Of a DNA stretch of 40,592 nt, positions 37,670 through 40,592 are shown one piece after another. The stretch covers positions 1 through 40,592 of the forward strand of contig ADNK01002972.1 in NCBI GenBank assembly GCA_000320545.1, read 5' to 3'. The notes beneath the pieces were generated by a model, which saw nothing but the letters and a program-made list of their open reading frames with translations, was not told the origin of the DNA and searched no databases. How positions within the stretch are numbered: the first letter of the stretch is position 1; each line of letters starts with the position of its first letter. This DNA comes from Bigelowiella natans CCMP2755. Lineage: Eukaryota > Protista > Cercozoa. Made by a program: the position numbers and the translations under genes.

Positions 37670-38129
37670 GTGAGAGAGTGAGTAGGCACATTATAGCATA
37701 AAATGGGAGAAGAAGGGAGGAGGGGAAGGAGGAGGAGGAGGAGGAGGAAGCACAGAAGAATTTGATAGCTGCTGTGGTACTGCTTCTTTGAATTATCATC
37801 ATCAGCAGCAGCATCATCACCCAATGGATGAATCAATGCAGAGTGAGTGAATGATCATTATGATGATTCAGTTAGTCAGTTGTCATATTCCTTTTGTGTT
37901 ACTATGAATGACTACTGACTAATACCAATACTATTGACCACGGATTATTATGGAACGTGGTGCCATCATTATTTGCAATATGGTCTTCTCTCCCATTCAT
38001 TCATTCATCCACGTATTATTCGTATTAGATTCTTACCCGGAAGGATCAAATTTTACAGTCGTTTCTTTCAAAGCTGAATCTTCGAAATAGCTATCAACCT
38101 TCATAAGAGAAAAGTGGGGAGAAAGAAGA

Positions 38130-38200
<71 letters not shown>

Positions 38201-38327
38201 TATCAACAAAACGAAGAGGAAGAAGAAGAAAAAGAAAATGTTGACCGGAGCTGGTATTCAAAGCAGCAACCGAATAGTGATAAAGATATTATTTGAAGGA
38301 GAGGGATGCTTTATTCTTCCACACTAC

Positions 38328-38366
<39 letters not shown>

Positions 38367-39203
38367 CTCATAGCACCTCACGAAATGTCTTTCTTTGAGC
38401 GCTGTGCCCGTTTACTGCAACAATTATCCATCCCTGGGAGAGAGAGAGAGAGTAAGTGGTTGGTTTGAAGGGTTGTAAAGGGGGGGGGAGGGAAGTAATA
38501 TCATGATAGAAATATTATGATATAATAGTAGTAGTAGGAGTAGAGTACAGCAACTCGTACAGGGTAACAACAAAGAAAACAAATACTAGTAGTAATAGTA
38601 GCAATAGTAGTCGGTCCTCCTAGATCTTAGTATTTAATAGAGTTATTGTTTATTGACAAGGTACAGCAGTAAATGTTTGCATGCATAGATCATAAACAAG
38701 CACTACTTTCGAGTCGACAACATACAAGTGTATAAAATGTAATGTATATACGTTTGAGTGGACAACACGTTGTTTGTAGTCGCTAGCAATCAACAATGGT
38801 GTTGGGATTAGTGACGGTGCTGCTACTGATTCTTGACGATGTCATGTTATATCATTGTTGTTGTTGTTGATGGTGATACTTTTCATTTGACTTCTAGTAG
38901 ATCAGCAATCATACTCATTATTATCTTTCTCTACTGCTAATATTATATATATTGAATTGCTACTACCTCCTTAACACCAGCTCTTTCAGCTTGTGATCCC
39001 TTCTTTACCTTGGCTATCTTTATGATGATACGAGATCACAATCAACCAATCGATATGATGATACGAGATCACAATCAATCAATCAATATGGCGATCATGC
39101 ATATGATGATTATATTATACATTCACGAGTAGCAGCTTGTGACTACAAACAACGTGTTGTCCACTCAACGTATATACATTACATTTTATACACTTGTATG
39201 TGC

Positions 39204-39244
<41 letters not shown>

Positions 39245-39265
39245 ATTGAAGATAGAAAGGGATGG

Positions 39266-39296
<31 letters not shown>

Positions 39297-39864
39297 GGAT
39301 ACTGATACTGCTGCTGAGATAATATTGAAATGTAATATAATAACATACATGTACTCCGCCTTTGGTTGTATATGGTCTAGGAGTGTATCTTGAGTAGAAA
39401 TAAGAAGAAGACAGATCAGAAGTGTATTGTATAATGTGAGGATGATTAATAGGAAGGAGGAGGAGGAGGAGGAGGAGGAGGAGGATAACAGAGGAGAGAG
39501 AAATACTCATTGATAATGATAATGTGACATCGAGCAACGATGGTAGTAGTAGTAGTAGTAGTAGTACATATTGAATATGTGAAGAGTGGGTTGCTTTGTA
39601 CTTTTAGGAGCACGAAAAAAAGAACAAAAGTCGTAGTATCGTCGAGTAGTAGTTACATATACATGCACGGTATCTTAATAAACTAATTGCTTAACTTTAT
39701 TTATTTATTTATTCTTAAATTATCACTTAATCCCAATTTCTCCAGCATCGAAGGTAATCTGGTTTGGTTGTATAAGGAGGAGCATGTGCCGTTATTACAA
39801 TTGAAAGAAAGTATTAGTCGATGATAACGACAGCATCACAACATTGATGATCTATTCAACATAA

Positions 39865-39905
<41 letters not shown>

Positions 39906-40592
39906 GTTATCTACGATCTTTTGGCTGATTCTTATCAGCCATCATCATCATTATCATCATCATCATCATCATCGTTATTATTATTCTCGTCAAGATGTTC
40001 ATTAATTAGTGTGTGGTAGTAGCTTAACTCTCCCTCCTTCTCCTAATCTCCCTCCTCCTCCTCTACAATAACTACTCAATCTCTACTGTTGTTATTCTTT
40101 TTGATGATATCCTTCCCCCCACTCCTTCCCTGAAACTTACTTTGACTGGGGAGACATTAGCACCAAATATCTTCTCTCTGTATGAGTCGATTGCCTTGTG
40201 CGCCCACTCTATCATCATATATCATATCAAATATACAAACACCTCTCTGTAATAATAATAGTAATAAGAGTAATAAGAGTAGTCGGTTGTTGCATTTTGT
40301 AAATCCTCTCTATTATGATCTATTGCTACTATCTTTCAATCACAAGAAGAGAAGTAGAGCGATAGAGCTACATACATACATTAGGGTTTGATATGTAGTG
40401 TGCTGTTACTTGTTAAACCAATCCCCCCCTTGTGTATAGGAGGGGGGGGATGAGGATGAGGAGGAGGAGGAGGACAATCGTCGTGGAAATGATGATGATA
40501 ATGATGATGTGATGATATAACATAAGAACGGACACCTGGCCATTCTCTATCCACGTCGCCTTCACTTCCACTTACATAGGGTTTCTCCATCA
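33830..40592 (-). CDS. Large multi-exon PDZ-domain protein, 5'-truncated by the window; 3' end uncertain
   Basis: Consecutive exons IFGANVSPVK|ITFDAGEIGIK|YTPRPYTTKGGVH|IAKVKKGSQAERAGVKE|GWIIVAVNGHSAQRKTFRE|VDSYFEDSALKETTVKFDPSG match the PDZ pattern (GLGF-like loop, GSxAxxAG, IVAVNG). Further low-complexity exons at about 37.1-37.5, 36.1-36.8, 35.9-36.1 and 35.3 kb. Confidence 0.7.
37462..37592. repeat. Tandem 65-bp duplication spanning an intron 3' end and exon start
   Basis: gtagttgtatcttgactacttgcttctgtttcagagaacaatctgcaacattatacataaaatta x2. Confidence 0.9.
38720..39201. repeat. ~61-bp inverted repeat (38720-38781 / 39141-39201) flanking a 51-nt exon
   Basis: Arms are reverse complements apart from a single-nt indel; exon 38967-39017 lies in the loop. 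Confidence 0.9.

Noticed and set aside
1-40592. Species assignment (a chlorarachniophyte or other rhizarian was considered)
   Set aside because: TTAGGG telomeres and this intron style are not diagnostic; a cytochrome c1 BLAST or phylogeny is needed.

Overview
Eukaryotic, intron-rich (protist-like) DNA that starts in a (CCCTAA)n telomeric array and then degenerates into CCCTGA/CCCCAA variants, so it is most likely a chromosome end. Manual splicing at GT-AG sites gives nine protein-coding genes: a secreted GH37 trehalase (-), cytochrome c1 (-), a transmembrane RING-H2 E3 ligase (+), a SIRT6-class sirtuin (-, almost invisible in the ORF track), an uncharacterised multi-pass membrane protein (+), an ABCG half-transporter (-), an ELO fatty-acid elongase (+), a hypothetical protein (-) and a PDZ-containing gene running off the window (-). 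The most unusual signal is a set of TpA-depleted, TG/CA-rich islands in gene 3'-flanking DNA. The depletion weakens with distance from the telomere (hand counts: 2 TA in 847 bp, 12 in 960, about 24 in 960, then normal at 24 kb), and the telomeric repeat itself shows TTAGGG>TCAGGG conversion. This suggests a TpA-targeted T>C/A>G mutational or base-modification system running opposite to fungal RIP. Other oddities: tandem duplications of splice-site/exon-edge units, a UUCG-hairpin element in all three head-to-head intergenic regions, and an inverted repeat bracketing one in-frame PDZ exon. Exon boundaries, counts and family assignments were made by eye, with no database searches.
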